Assembly: GCA_032249135.1 (NCBI GenBank)
Contig: JAVVGL010000010.1
Span: 33-64,032 of the forward strand
DNA length: 64,000 bases
From: Candidatus Calescibacterium sp.
GTDB taxonomy: Bacteria > Calescibacteriota > Calescibacteriia > Calescibacteriales > Calescibacteriaceae
Reading direction: 5' to 3'
Part shown: positions 20,037-30,162 of the stretch, one piece after another
Layout: the number at the start of each line of letters is the position of its first letter
Numbering within the stretch: position 1 is the first letter of the stretch
Made by a program: the position numbers and the translations under genes
The notes under the pieces: generated by a model
Told to the model about the DNA's origin: nothing
The model's database searches: none
The model's input: the letters and a program-made list of their open reading frames with translations, nothing else

Positions 20037-21147
20037 CTAAAATACTTTCTACAAACTCAAAAAATTGATGAGACACAACATCCCATGTTTTATCTTTTGC
20101 AAAAGCTCTACCTAAAACTCCAAGCTCTCGCCTCAAATCTTTATTAGAAAACAGAAAAATCATTTTTTGTAAAAGGTCATCCGGTGAATTTTTTCTGAAA
20201 GTCAAACAAAAATGTTTTGCCCAAGAAAAAACAGGAATATCACTTATCAGTGTTGTCTTACCAAAAGATGCAGCTTCAAGAATAGAAAGTCCAAAACCTT
20301 CATAACGAGATGGCAAAACAGAAAAAAGACAACCTGAATAAAATTTCGCAAGCTCTCCTTTTGATGAAACCCATCCGAAAAATTTCACAGGCAAATTATT
20401 CTCACGAGAAAATCTTTCAAGCTTTGCTCTATCAGGACCATCACCCACAACGGCAAAATAAATATTGTTCTCCTCAAAAAATTTTTTCCCTTTTTTTATA
20501 GCTTGAAATAAAACATCAAGACCTTTCATGTATGAAGATATCCTTCCGCAATATAAAATAAAATTCTCTTCTTTCCCTTTGTAATCAAAATTTTCTTTTT
20601 CAACTCCGCTATAAATTACAACTTTACTTTTTGAGTTAAATTTATCCCATCCAAACGCTTTCACAAGATATTCACTCATGAAAACTCCAAGATTGAAAAT
20701 TCTGTGGTAGTACAGCTCATTTAAATAAAAAAATAAGTTAAAAGGGAAAGGAAATCTTTTGAAATTCTCTCTCCCAACATAGACTTGGAACTGAATAACT
20801 GATTTTTTGTGAAAAAAGGGAGAAAATGAAGCAAAAAAAGGGGATTGATCTTCAACTATTAAATCAAACTTATTTGAGTTTTTAGAAATAAAATAAGGCA
20901 AAAGAAAAGAAAAAGAGAGCAAAGATATATAAGGTGAATCTTTTCTACCAAGAAATATTGTTTTGTAGTTAGATTTTACATTTTCAGACCCCGGAAAGTT
21001 TCCTGCAAGGTAAAAGACATCATAACCATTTTTTGCAAGGTATTCAGCAAATTTGTGAATTCTTAAAGCTCCGCCACCAGGCAAAAACTTACTCTCAAGA
21101 TGACCATAAGATATAAAGAGAATTTTCTTTTTTTTATTATTATTCAT
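20020..21147 (-). CDS. glycosyltransferase family 4
   Basis: GGGALR, GRISSYMKGLD, VGDGP and PSRYEGFGLSILEA. Confidence 0.9.
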   Translation of the reverse strand: MNNNKKKKILFISYGHLESKFLPGGGALRIHKFAEYLAKNGYDVFYLAGNFPGSENVKSNYKTIFLGRKDSPYISLLSFSFLLPYFISKNSNKFDLIVEDQSPFFASFSPFFHKKSVIQFQVYVGRENFKRFPFPFNLFFYLNELYYHRIFNLGVFMSEYLVKAFGWDKFNSKSKVVIYSGVEKENFDYKGKEENFILYCGRISSYMKGLDVLFQAIKKGKKFFEENNIYFAVVGDGPDRAKLERFSRENNLPVKFFGWVSSKGELAKFYSGCLFSVLPSRYEGFGLSILEAASFGKTTLISDIPVFSWAKHFCLTFRKNSPDDLLQKMIFLFSNKDLRRELGVLGRAFAKDKTWDVVSHQFFEFVESILDGKSL

Positions 21148-21150
21148 TTT

Positions 21151-21705
21151 TTATCTTTTTTCATAGAAAAAGTTGTTTTCGGCAAGTCTCAAAGGAGGTA
21201 AAGATGCGTCTTTTGGTGAAACTATTGGATTTTTCTCTGGCCAAGGTATAGAAAGATCAGGATCAGACCACAAAATACCTCTATCATGTTGGGGTGAGTA
21301 TTCAGCTGTAACCTTATATATAATTTCTGAATCTTCAAGAGCTAAAAACCCATGAGCAAAACCCGGGGGTATCCAAATCATAAGTTTATTTTCTTCTGAA
21401 AGTTCTACCGCAACAAATTTCCCATACCATGGAGACCCCTTTCTTATATCAACAGCAACATCAAAAATTTTACCTTTTATACACCTTACAAGTTTGCCTT
21501 GCTCAAAAGGTCTGAGTTGGTAGTGAAGCCCTCGCAGAACTCCCTTTTTTGATTTTGAGTGATTATCTTGAACAAAGTTTGAAGGCAATCCGGCTTTTTG
21601 AAATTCAGATGATTTGAAAAACTCCATAAAAAAACCTCTGTGATCCTCAAAAAAGTTAGGTTTTATCAAAACAACATCTGGAATCTCTGTTCTTATGAAC
21701 TCCAT
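21151..21705 (-). CDS. rmlC: dTDP-4-dehydrorhamnose 3,5-epimerase
   Basis: DHRGFFME, QDNHSKSKKGVLRGLHYQ, DVAVDIRKGSP and GFAHGF. Confidence 0.97.
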   Translation of the reverse strand: MEFIRTEIPDVVLIKPNFFEDHRGFFMEFFKSSEFQKAGLPSNFVQDNHSKSKKGVLRGLHYQLRPFEQGKLVRCIKGKIFDVAVDIRKGSPWYGKFVAVELSEENKLMIWIPPGFAHGFLALEDSEIIYKVTAEYSPQHDRGILWSDPDLSIPWPEKNPIVSPKDASLPPLRLAENNFFYEKR

Positions 21706-21781
21706 AGCTCAAATAATGTTATAATAGTTCAGTTTTTTATTTATTACATTCTACTTTACATTTTGTCCGCAAAAATCAATT

Positions 21782-22864
21782 TTATGAATTATTTCCAGAT
21801 AAATTGTTTTCAGAATTTACAAATTTCAAAAACAAAAGTTCCACAAGCTCAGGAGTTAGTTCCTTCATGCAAGAAAAATGTCTTTTTGGACAAACTTGTG
21901 GTCCGTGAGGAGAACAGGGTTTGCATTCAAGCTCCGAAACTTCAATAACCTGAAATTTTTTTGACAGAGGGAAAAATCCAAATTCAGGAATAGTCGGACC
22001 GAAAATAACAAAAGATGGTTTATCAAATGATGAAGCAATATGAGATAGTCCGCTATCAACTCCAAAAAATATATCCGATAACTTTATTATTGCAACAACA
22101 TCTTTTAATGAAGTTTTTCCTGAAAGGTTGATAACATTATGAGGAAAATTTCCTGTTTCTTTCTTTTGACCGAGCAAAATGAAAATAAAATCCTTCATTT
22201 TGTTTGTTTGTAAAAATTCTTTATAGCATACCCAAGTTTTTGTTCCCCAATTTGAAAAAGGAGCAAATGCAACCAATTTTATTTTTTCTTTGTCTGTGTT
22301 TCTCTTAACTCCATAATTTTTCTTTACTTCATAAAAGAATTTTTCCCATTTTGAAAGGTAGCTCTGATCAACAAAAACCTCAGGCTTTAATTCTTCACCT
22401 TTCATATATAATCCTGCTGGTATAAGTATTTTTGAAATTCTTTCTACTTCGTGCTCAAATTTTCCGCCATACTTTTTTATTTTGTGAGTGAAAAGAAATG
22501 AAAGAGGGTTCTCTTCAAAACCAATTCTTACTGGAATTCGTGAGGAGAAAGCAAGCAAGGAGGAAGTAGCCGAAAGATGAGGTACAAAAGCTATTTGAGG
22601 TTTTACGCTGATAATTTTTTTTAAGGTATTCAAGAACTCAAAAATTTTCTTACTTTTTTTATCTTTATCAAAAGATATAATTTTGCAGTTTGAAATTTCT
22701 GAGGCAAATGGTCTTGCAACAACAAATACTTTATCATCTCCGTAAAAATGCGATAACTTTTTTATAACTGGTGTGGTCAGAATAAAATCTCCTAAAAAAG
22801 CAGTTTGTATAAGTAAAACCTTTTCTTTTTCAGCGCTAATCTTCAATTTTTTATCAATATTCAA
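21782..22864 (-). CDS. glycosyltransferase family 9 (LPS heptosyltransferase-like)
   Basis: IQTAFLGDFILTTP, DSGLSHIA, FGPT and CKPCSPHGPQVCP. Confidence 0.9.
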   Translation of the reverse strand: MNIDKKLKISAEKEKVLLIQTAFLGDFILTTPVIKKLSHFYGDDKVFVVARPFASEISNCKIISFDKDKKSKKIFEFLNTLKKIISVKPQIAFVPHLSATSSLLAFSSRIPVRIGFEENPLSFLFTHKIKKYGGKFEHEVERISKILIPAGLYMKGEELKPEVFVDQSYLSKWEKFFYEVKKNYGVKRNTDKEKIKLVAFAPFSNWGTKTWVCYKEFLQTNKMKDFIFILLGQKKETGNFPHNVINLSGKTSLKDVVAIIKLSDIFFGVDSGLSHIASSFDKPSFVIFGPTIPEFGFFPLSKKFQVIEVSELECKPCSPHGPQVCPKRHFSCMKELTPELVELLFLKFVNSENNLSGNNS

Positions 22865-22877
22865 TCAGTTATGTTAT

Positions 22878-23087
22878 TTATGATTTAGGTCTTTTGCAGG
22901 TAGAAATGCCAAATGGTTTGTAGATTGGACACCATCCGATAAAACTCGTAAGTAAGAAAGCCACAGAAACTATGCCCAAAATTACAGCAACAGTACCGCT
23001 AATCTTTCCGGTAAAGTAAAGAATAGCTATCAAGACTGCTATGGATGCCCGAATAACCCTATCAATTGTTCCCATATTTTTCTCCAT
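22878..23087 (-). CDS. DUF2892 (YgaP-like) membrane protein
   Basis: KNMGTIDRVIR and GWCPIYKPFGISTC, with a strong SD AGGAGGTG. Confidence 0.92.
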   Translation of the reverse strand: MEKNMGTIDRVIRASIAVLIAILYFTGKISGTVAVILGIVSVAFLLTSFIGWCPIYKPFGISTCKRPKS

Positions 23088-23297
23088 CTTTCAATCACCT
23101 CCTAAATAAAAATATAATTCATCATATAAAAGCAAGCTTAATTTTCTCAAAGCAAGATATTAAAACTAACTACGAATTGAACTGAAATTGAACTAACCTG
23201 TATAAATTTTCTGCAAAACAAAAAGCAAACAGAAATTCAAAAGATATGATTTCTGAGAAAGGGATTTGGTAGAATACAAGTGTAAATTTTTATATAG

Positions 23298-23945
23298 ATG
23301 TCAATACCACAGCAGAAAATTTGGGTAGTTGATTACGGAATGGGGAACTTAAAAAGCGTAGCAGGTGCATTTGAAAAATTTGGAGTAAAAGTAGTAGTTA
23401 GCTCAGATCCAAAAGAAGGTAAAAAAGCTGATAAAATTGTTATCCCAGGAGTTGGTGCGTTCGGGAAAGCCGTTGATAATCTAAAAAATCTCGGTCTTTT
23501 TTATGAAATAAAAGATCAGATACAAAAAGGAAAAGTTATTTTGGGAATATGTCTTGGAATGCAAATACTTTTTGAAACATCAGAAGAATCAGAAGGATAT
23601 GAAGGATTCTCTGTAATTCAAGGCAAAGTTTTATCTCTCAAAAGATTATCTGAAAATATAAGAATGCCAAATATGGGATGGGCAAAAACCAAACTTAAAA
23701 AAAATCTAATTTTTGACGGTCTCAGAGAAGAAGAATTTTTCTACTATCTTCACTCATACTATGTTGAACCAAAAGATAAAGAAAGTGTAGCAATAGGAGA
23801 ATTTGTCGGGACCGATGATGGAAAAAATGAAAACATAAGATTTGTTTCAGCAATTCATCAAGAAAACATATTTGCAGTTCAGTTCCATCCTGAAAAAAGT
23901 GGTCAGTCCGGACTCAAAATTATAGAGAACTTCCTTAAAATATAA
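23298..23945 (+). CDS. hisH: imidazole glycerol phosphate synthase glutaminase subunit
   Basis: VDYGMGNLKSV, PGVGAF, GICLGMQ, HSYY and QFHPEKSG. Confidence 0.96.
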   Translation: MSIPQQKIWVVDYGMGNLKSVAGAFEKFGVKVVVSSDPKEGKKADKIVIPGVGAFGKAVDNLKNLGLFYEIKDQIQKGKVILGICLGMQILFETSEESEGYEGFSVIQGKVLSLKRLSENIRMPNMGWAKTKLKKNLIFDGLREEEFFYYLHSYYVEPKDKESVAIGEFVGTDDGKNENIRFVSAIHQENIFAVQFHPEKSGQSGLKIIENFLKI

Positions 23946-23947
23946 CT

Positions 23948-24997
23948 ATGTGTGGAATAGATGAAAATGGTCTTGGACCATACCTTGGACCACTTATAAT
24001 AACCTCCGTTGAAACACAAGAAAATAAAAACGATCGCAAGGAAGAAAATATCAGAGAAAAAAGTTTTATAAACGGGGAAAATTTCATAAAAAATAGGAAA
24101 GATACAGAAAATAGGGGAAAAATAAAAGACAGCAAAGCTATTTTTTCAAGAAGAAAAGAAGATTATGAGAAAATAGAAAAAATATTCTTTTCTATATTTG
24201 GAAAAAGCGGGGAGATAAATTCTGATGAGATCCAACCAGACACAGTATTTCAAGTTTTTGCAAAATCTGAATTTAGTAAAGAAATAATTGAAATGTGTCC
24301 CATCTCACCTGAAAAAATATGCTTTTCTAAAATAACCATTCCCTTATGGGTGAAAAATGAAAATAGCACACAAAATGAAAGTAAAAAAGGAGAAATAAAA
24401 AGTAATCAAGAAGGAAATGAAATAGAAGAAGAACAAGAGAAAATAGCTTCAAAAAAATTGAAAGTAAGGTATGCTATTTTGTGTCCAGGATTGCTTTCAA
24501 AGTATATAAAAATTATGGGTAGCAAATTTTCTGTCAACTCTTATTTTATGGTAAAGATGGCACTTTTGAGTTCATCGGAAAAAGTAATTTGTGGAAAATC
24601 AGGATTTAAAAAATCTTACAAAAACGAGATTGAGAAAGCCCTACAAGACCTCAAAATAAATTACAGAAAAATAAAAACAGAAAAGGAAGAGAACGAAGAA
24701 AGTATATACGAAATATTAGAAGAAAGAGAAGGAAAAGAGAGAACACTGAAAAAAATATACTTTATAAAAGATGCCGACGAGAAATTTCATGAGGTCGCAT
24801 TAGCATCTCAAATAGGAAAATACATAAGAGAAATTTGTATGCTATCTTTGACAAAATTTTTAGATGAAAAATCTACTTTCCCAATATCAGGATACGGCAA
24901 AAAAGAAAATATGAAAAAAATTGCAGAATCCATAATTCAGAGGGCTTATAGTCAAAAAATAAAAATACCCCAAGAGTGCATAGAAAGAAATTACTGA
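23948..24997 (+). CDS. divergent RNase HII-like protein
   Basis: GIDENGLGPYLGP, KDSK, DADEK..VALASQIGKYIRE and SGYG, with long charged insertions. Confidence 0.7.
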   Translation: MCGIDENGLGPYLGPLIITSVETQENKNDRKEENIREKSFINGENFIKNRKDTENRGKIKDSKAIFSRRKEDYEKIEKIFFSIFGKSGEINSDEIQPDTVFQVFAKSEFSKEIIEMCPISPEKICFSKITIPLWVKNENSTQNESKKGEIKSNQEGNEIEEEQEKIASKKLKVRYAILCPGLLSKYIKIMGSKFSVNSYFMVKMALLSSSEKVICGKSGFKKSYKNEIEKALQDLKINYRKIKTEKEENEESIYEILEEREGKERTLKKIYFIKDADEKFHEVALASQIGKYIREICMLSLTKFLDEKSTFPISGYGKKENMKKIAESIIQRAYSQKIKIPQECIERNY

Positions 24998-25116
24998 AAT
25001 TAACCAAGGCAAAAACAAAAAATAAACTCTCCATTACTAAAAACCAAAAAAAATAATTAAAATTAAAAAGTAATAAGAGATCAAAATAAAAGAGAATCCA
25101 AAAAAGTGAGATTAAA

Positions 25117-27441
25117 ATGGAAAGCTTTATCAAAAAACTCCCTGAGAGGTTATTAAATGCTTTACATAAATTAAAAATACTGCCTTTGGCTTTTGTCTTG
25201 TCTTCGGTTTTCCTATGCAAAAAAACTTACGGAGGGTTGTTCATTTTTGAACTTCAAGGAATAAATGCTGATTTAAATCAACCTTCAATTATTGGGAAAT
25301 ATAGAAATTTGAATTACTACTCGGAAACAGTTCCAGTTCCTAACTCAGTACAAGAGAATGTATTTTTTGATGGTCAATATTCATTTTTGGGTAGATATTG
25401 TATTTTTGGTCCGTGTTCAAGCTATATAACACATAATAGGACATTCTCCTCAAACGCAAGAGCAATAATTTCTTTCAATCTCATCAAAGAGGCAATTTCT
25501 TATTATGGAGGGAATTTGAAAAACCTCGAAATTCCATCATACATAATAACAGAGTTTTTCCAAGAAGCAGCTCAGACGCTCGGAGAAAAAATAAAAGAAA
25601 AATCAATAGTAGATGTGCTGATTCAAGGAGTTTCAATAACAAAAGAAACTGGTACAGATGAAAAATGTAAATTCAACTACATAGCAAAAGCAAATATAAC
25701 GCTACTTATAGGGATATGGATGGGAAAAACTTTTTATGCACAAGCAAATTTTCAAATCCCAATAACAGTTGATATACTAAGCTGGATACCTCCAGTGAGA
25801 GTACCGGGAGGAGAAAGGACTTTACATACCGGAACACTTGTTCTCAACTTTGGAATATGCGATACTTATATTGAACATGATATATTCTCTTCTGATATGC
25901 TGCAATACTCAAAAGTTCCACAAAATGAATTCTTTGAAAGAATAAAAAAAATAACCTCTTACATTATTTATAAGTATCTTGGAAGAATAGATTATCAACC
26001 CTTGACTTTTCTTATATTACAAGATTTTTCAGTTTATATATCTAAAAGCTACTTTACGACTTTAATCACAACATCAGGAGAAGAAGATGCAATAGCTTTG
26101 GAGTTCTCAGAAAAAGAAGGAGATGTAAGAGAATCTCAGTTACAAATTATACAATCACCATACAAAATAATAAATGCAGATAAAATAAGAATAAGGTTAA
26201 GAAGCAGTAATAACACAAAAGCTATTTCATATAGATTAGATGGAGGAGCTTGGAGCATGTGGATATCACCCACGAGGAACAAAGGCGATCAGCCAGAATT
26301 TGAATTTCAAGTTGCAAACCTTCTTCAAGATTCACATAGGATAGAAATAATAGGTTTAACCTACACAGGTAATATAAATGAAGTACCACAAGTTATTGAT
26401 TTTTTTGTAGATAGAAGCCCACCAGAAGGAGAAATTTTTGTAAAAAAATATGCTAAGAATTTGAATATCAAATCTCAAGCCAAAGATAACTCCGGTGATG
26501 AGATATTTTTGAAGATAAAGGTTAAAAACGAGGCAAGGCAAATCTATGAAGCGGAAAGAAAATTCAAAGATAAAATAGATTTTCAAGAAGATAAATTTGA
26601 TGAGGGGAAATATAAAGTTTCTGTATGGCTTGAAGACAAAGCAGGGAACACAACAGAAATAAAAGAAACCGAGATAATAATAGATAAAACGCCACCACAG
26701 GTTAGACCAACCTTCCTTCCACCAGAAAAAACAAAATACGAAAGATTAAAAATAGTCGTTAGTATGAAAGACAATATCTTCTCATACGGTGAGCTAATTT
26801 ACTTTATTGAAGAAATTGTAACGATAGGAAGAAAAACATGCTTTTCACAATGGGGAAATACATATTCCCTTGAGATAAAAGAACCGTTCGGAGAAGTAGA
26901 AATAAAAGGAGTAGAAAATGAAAAAAGATATCACCTTTGCTTCAAAGTAACTGACCCAGCAGAGAATGAAAGCGAAATTTTCGAAACAGAATTTATAGTA
27001 GATATTACTCCTCCCCAGCTCCAAATATTAGAATTCCCTCAACGTATAACATTTGAAAAAAACGGTAAATTAATAATTTCAACAAGCGACAATATAACAC
27101 CAGCAGAAAAAATTAAAATATTCTGGGATTTAAATCCAAAAGATGCAATAAAAAGTGCAATTCAGCAAGGAAATACCCTAACTATCTTCTATGAAAACGC
27201 AAGAGATGGAAATTACAGATTTATAGCTTATGCTATCGATGAAGCAGGGAACCAAAGTCAGACAATAGATGCAGAATTTATAATAGATACAACATTACTG
27301 AAATTAGGAGGTGGAAGCGGGAAGGTACTAAAATGTAGTAGCTTCGATATAAGATATCCATTAATTTTTGTAGCCTTATACACTTTTTTTATTCGCATTA
27401 TTCTTTCTCATAAGAATAAAAAAAAGAAAAATAAAAGATGA
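25117..27441 (+). CDS. large secreted/surface protein with tandem Ig-like repeats and a Cys-TM-basic C-terminal tail
   Basis: SYRLDGGAWS, repeated D-x-AGN/AEN...(I/V)D-x-(T/S)PP units, and a tail GGGSGKVLKCSS followed by a TM helix and KNKKKKNKR. Confidence 0.7.
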   Translation: MESFIKKLPERLLNALHKLKILPLAFVLSSVFLCKKTYGGLFIFELQGINADLNQPSIIGKYRNLNYYSETVPVPNSVQENVFFDGQYSFLGRYCIFGPCSSYITHNRTFSSNARAIISFNLIKEAISYYGGNLKNLEIPSYIITEFFQEAAQTLGEKIKEKSIVDVLIQGVSITKETGTDEKCKFNYIAKANITLLIGIWMGKTFYAQANFQIPITVDILSWIPPVRVPGGERTLHTGTLVLNFGICDTYIEHDIFSSDMLQYSKVPQNEFFERIKKITSYIIYKYLGRIDYQPLTFLILQDFSVYISKSYFTTLITTSGEEDAIALEFSEKEGDVRESQLQIIQSPYKIINADKIRIRLRSSNNTKAISYRLDGGAWSMWISPTRNKGDQPEFEFQVANLLQDSHRIEIIGLTYTGNINEVPQVIDFFVDRSPPEGEIFVKKYAKNLNIKSQAKDNSGDEIFLKIKVKNEARQIYEAERKFKDKIDFQEDKFDEGKYKVSVWLEDKAGNTTEIKETEIIIDKTPPQVRPTFLPPEKTKYERLKIVVSMKDNIFSYGELIYFIEEIVTIGRKTCFSQWGNTYSLEIKEPFGEVEIKGVENEKRYHLCFKVTDPAENESEIFETEFIVDITPPQLQILEFPQRITFEKNGKLIISTSDNITPAEKIKIFWDLNPKDAIKSAIQQGNTLTIFYENARDGNYRFIAYAIDEAGNQSQTIDAEFIIDTTLLKLGGGSGKVLKCSSFDIRYPLIFVALYTFFIRIILSHKNKKKKNKR

Positions 27442-27828
27442 AACTAAAAAAATAACCGGAATGATATAAAATAATTTTGTTTTCGGTTGAAGTAAAATTT
27501 CATCTCCATACCTTTGAACAAAGTAGTTTATTATTTGATCTTCTCTCCAACCCTCCGCAAGTTTTTGTATTATAAGTTTCTTCATATTTTCTGCAATTTG
27601 AGAATGCGATTCCTTTAAAGGTATATTCTGGCAGGTGGGACACCTCAAAATTTCAAATATATAATCTGCTCTCCTCTTTATATCAGAAGTTATTTCTCCA
27701 TAATAATATTCATACTGACCAGATGAACGGATTTCTTTATTTTTCAAATCATCAGCATTCAAAATCTCAAAAAAAAGACAAAAAATCAAAGTAAAAATGG
27801 AGATAAATCTAACGAGAGAGAAAATCAT
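27376..27828 (-). CDS. ccmH: cytochrome c biogenesis protein CcmH/CcmL
   Basis: LRCPTCQN..ES.S..A..M, YFVQRYGDEILLQP and a C-terminal TM. Start moved to ATG 27828 because the longer ORF runs into tmRNA. Confidence 0.9.
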   Translation of the reverse strand: MIFSLVRFISIFTLIFCLFFEILNADDLKNKEIRSSGQYEYYYGEITSDIKRRADYIFEILRCPTCQNIPLKESHSQIAENMKKLIIQKLAEGWREDQIINYFVQRYGDEILLQPKTKLFYIIPVIFLVSSFIFLFFILMRKNNANKKSV

Positions 27829-27854
27829 CAGATACACAAGATGAGTTATTGTTT

Positions 27855-28221
27855 TGGTGGAGATGGGGGGATTCGAACCCCCGTCCGACACCGGGCTGAG
27901 TAGGGCTTTTACACCGCATAGCGGAGGTTGTTTTTTTCAGGGAAGCTATCCCCTCCGCTAGATAGCATTCCCATAGCCCACATCAATTTTCAGGTGCTAC
28001 CCTGTGGGCGAAGGTAGCACCCTCAGCTCCCTCGATCATGCCCTCAGGGAGCGGGAGCAACTCTCCTGAGGACATCCCCGCACATTAGGCGGGGAGAACA
28101 TTAGCAGCTGCGGCAACTTTTTTCTCCCTTTTCAGGCGGGAGCCACCCGCACCGACATAAAGTCGGCACTTCGGTGAAACCCTACCCGCCCTCAGGTGCC
28201 GTCAAACCCTAATTCATCCCC
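27855..28221 (-). ncRNA. ssrA: tmRNA (SsrA)
   Basis: 5' GGGGATG pairs with 3' CATCTCC-ACCA, giving the G3.U alanine identity pair. T-arm GGGGGTTCGAATCCCCC and pk1 (CGGGT/GCCTG, CTCCC/GGGAG) are present. The tag ORF stop lies in a hairpin loop. Length 367 nt. Confidence 0.95.
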
Positions 28222-28269
28222 AAACCTTTTATTTTATATTTTAATGAAAAATCGTATAAATAAAGGAAT

Positions 28270-29877
28270 TTACAAGACTTTCTTTTTGAAATTTTCAAAT
28301 TCATTCCAAAGTTCTTCGTTATATTTCTTCACAGGATACAAAAGCTTCTCCCTTCTTAAAACAAAGTTTTTATGGTCTGGATTTTTTCCCTCGGCTTCTA
28401 AAATTTTCTGAACTTTTCTCATACATAGTATCCCATTACAAAAGCCATCGCATGCCCACGTTCTTCTTGATATATCATCAATAGTCTCTGCAAACTCTCT
28501 TTTTATAGCCCACTTTATTTCCCCCTCAAAGACTTTTGAACAGTAGCATATAAGCTCCCCTAGACCAAAAGTTTTCAGAAGTTCACGAGCTCTAATTCCA
28601 TATTTTTTCGTAAGCAGATAAGCAATTTGGTCATCTAAACTAAATTCATCTTTTATTTTTTTCTTTATATTTTCGGAGTACGCTTCAAAATCTCCATCAA
28701 ATCTCTCATCAATATCATCTGCTCCTGGCAAAGGCAAAATATGAGTTTTACATTGAGTTTTGATTCCTAACTTTTGTGATACGAAATCTGAGACTATCTC
28801 AGAAAGTAGTCTGAAACTTGCAAGCTTCCCCCCAAGAACATGTATGATACCATCTTCATCTTCTATCTCAAACTCACGAGTTATTTTGTCCTCATTTACA
28901 CCATAGACATACGGGGTAGGTCGAAGTCCAACCTTCGTTGAGTATGGCTTAAAGCTCCTTATGTTCTTTATAAATTTTTCTGCTGAATGCAAAAGATATT
29001 CAACTTCATCTCTCAATATCTCAATATCATCAGGATCGCCGAAGAAATCATCATCTGTTGTTCCCAAAATTGTTCTGTCTTCAAGAGGGACAAAAAGCAA
29101 ATATCTTCCATCTATTGCTTGAAAACTTATAACAGAATTTAAGATTTTCCCCGGAAAAACTATATGTATTCCTTTTGTAGGTCTTAATCTCTTTTTCTTC
29201 TTCTGATCCGTTCCTACGATTGAATTAGAAATCACCTTATCTATCCATGGACCGGCTGCATTTATAACGAGCTTTGACTCAACTTTTATCTCAGAGTTAT
29301 AAAGTGGATTTTTTGCCGATATCAAAAAACTTCCATCTTTTCTCTCTACTCTTATAACCTCTGTATGGTTAAGAACTTTTGCGCCGAACTCCTGGGCAGA
29401 TATAGCATTTACAAGAGCAAGTCTTTGAGGATCCACTGTGTATTCTTCTGTAAGAACACCTCCACCTTTTGCGAGAACTTCTCCGGCTGTCATGTAAGAG
29501 ACTTCATCTTGGGTTAATCTCATATGTCTTACTGCACCACGCATTCGAGAAAATAAATCATATACGCTCATATATATATCAAATAAAGTCGCCATAAATT
29601 TTGAGGATGTAACTACTATGAAAGGTCTTCTTGATAGCATATACGGTACTATTTTTGTGAGTATCCCTGCATCACGAGATGATTTGTAAGTTACACCAAT
29701 ATCATGTATTATATATCTTGCTCCTCCATGAACCATGCAAGAAGATGACCAAGTTGTTGCCCATCCAAAATCTTCTTTTTCAAACAAAATAACTTTAAAA
29801 CCTCTTATTGAAAGGTCTCTTGCGATCCCAACTCCATTTATACCTCCTCCTATTATAGCGACATCGTATCTGGACAC
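28270..29877 (-). CDS. FAD-dependent glycerol-3-phosphate dehydrogenase/oxidase (GlpA/GlpD family) with a C-terminal BFD-like Cys cluster
   Basis: IIGGGINGVGIARD, HGGARY, INAAGPW, PTKGIH, GTTD and GGKL, plus ICYCS...CDGFCNGILC. Confidence 0.88.
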   Translation of the reverse strand: MSRYDVAIIGGGINGVGIARDLSIRGFKVILFEKEDFGWATTWSSSCMVHGGARYIIHDIGVTYKSSRDAGILTKIVPYMLSRRPFIVVTSSKFMATLFDIYMSVYDLFSRMRGAVRHMRLTQDEVSYMTAGEVLAKGGGVLTEEYTVDPQRLALVNAISAQEFGAKVLNHTEVIRVERKDGSFLISAKNPLYNSEIKVESKLVINAAGPWIDKVISNSIVGTDQKKKKRLRPTKGIHIVFPGKILNSVISFQAIDGRYLLFVPLEDRTILGTTDDDFFGDPDDIEILRDEVEYLLHSAEKFIKNIRSFKPYSTKVGLRPTPYVYGVNEDKITREFEIEDEDGIIHVLGGKLASFRLLSEIVSDFVSQKLGIKTQCKTHILPLPGADDIDERFDGDFEAYSENIKKKIKDEFSLDDQIAYLLTKKYGIRARELLKTFGLGELICYCSKVFEGEIKWAIKREFAETIDDISRRTWACDGFCNGILCMRKVQKILEAEGKNPDHKNFVLRREKLLYPVKKYNEELWNEFENFKKKVL

Positions 29878-30080
29878 TTTTTCACCCTCCTTTTATTTTT
29901 TTGATTTTATTTTTGATCCAAAAATTTTAAATTTTTAATCAAAAAATTGAAAATTAACGACTTTGATTTAAAATTACGCATAGAAAAGAAAGGTAGGAAA
30001 ACAAGAGAACGGCGAGAAAATATTTTGAAATTATAGCATTAAAAAATACAGCGTATTAAAATAATAAAGTTGTATGGAGT

Positions 30081-30152
30081 GGGCCCATAGCTCAATGGTA
30101 GAGCAGCCGGCTCATAACCGGCAGGTTGGGGGTTCGAGTCCCTCTGGGCCCA
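30081..30152 (+). tRNA. tRNA with CAT anticodon, most likely tRNA-Ile2 (lysidine); CCA not encoded
   Basis: GGGCCCA/TGGGCCC-A acceptor stem and CCGG-CTCATAA-CCGG anticodon arm typical of Ile2. Lacks the initiator GGG/CCC anticodon stem. Followed by CTC. Confidence 0.88.
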
Positions 30153-30162
30153 CTCAAAAAAA

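Noticed and set aside
27829-27891. N-terminal extension MSDGGSNPPIST of the ccmH ORF
   Set aside because: It is the translated tmRNA T-arm and acceptor stem; the true start is probably ATG 27828.
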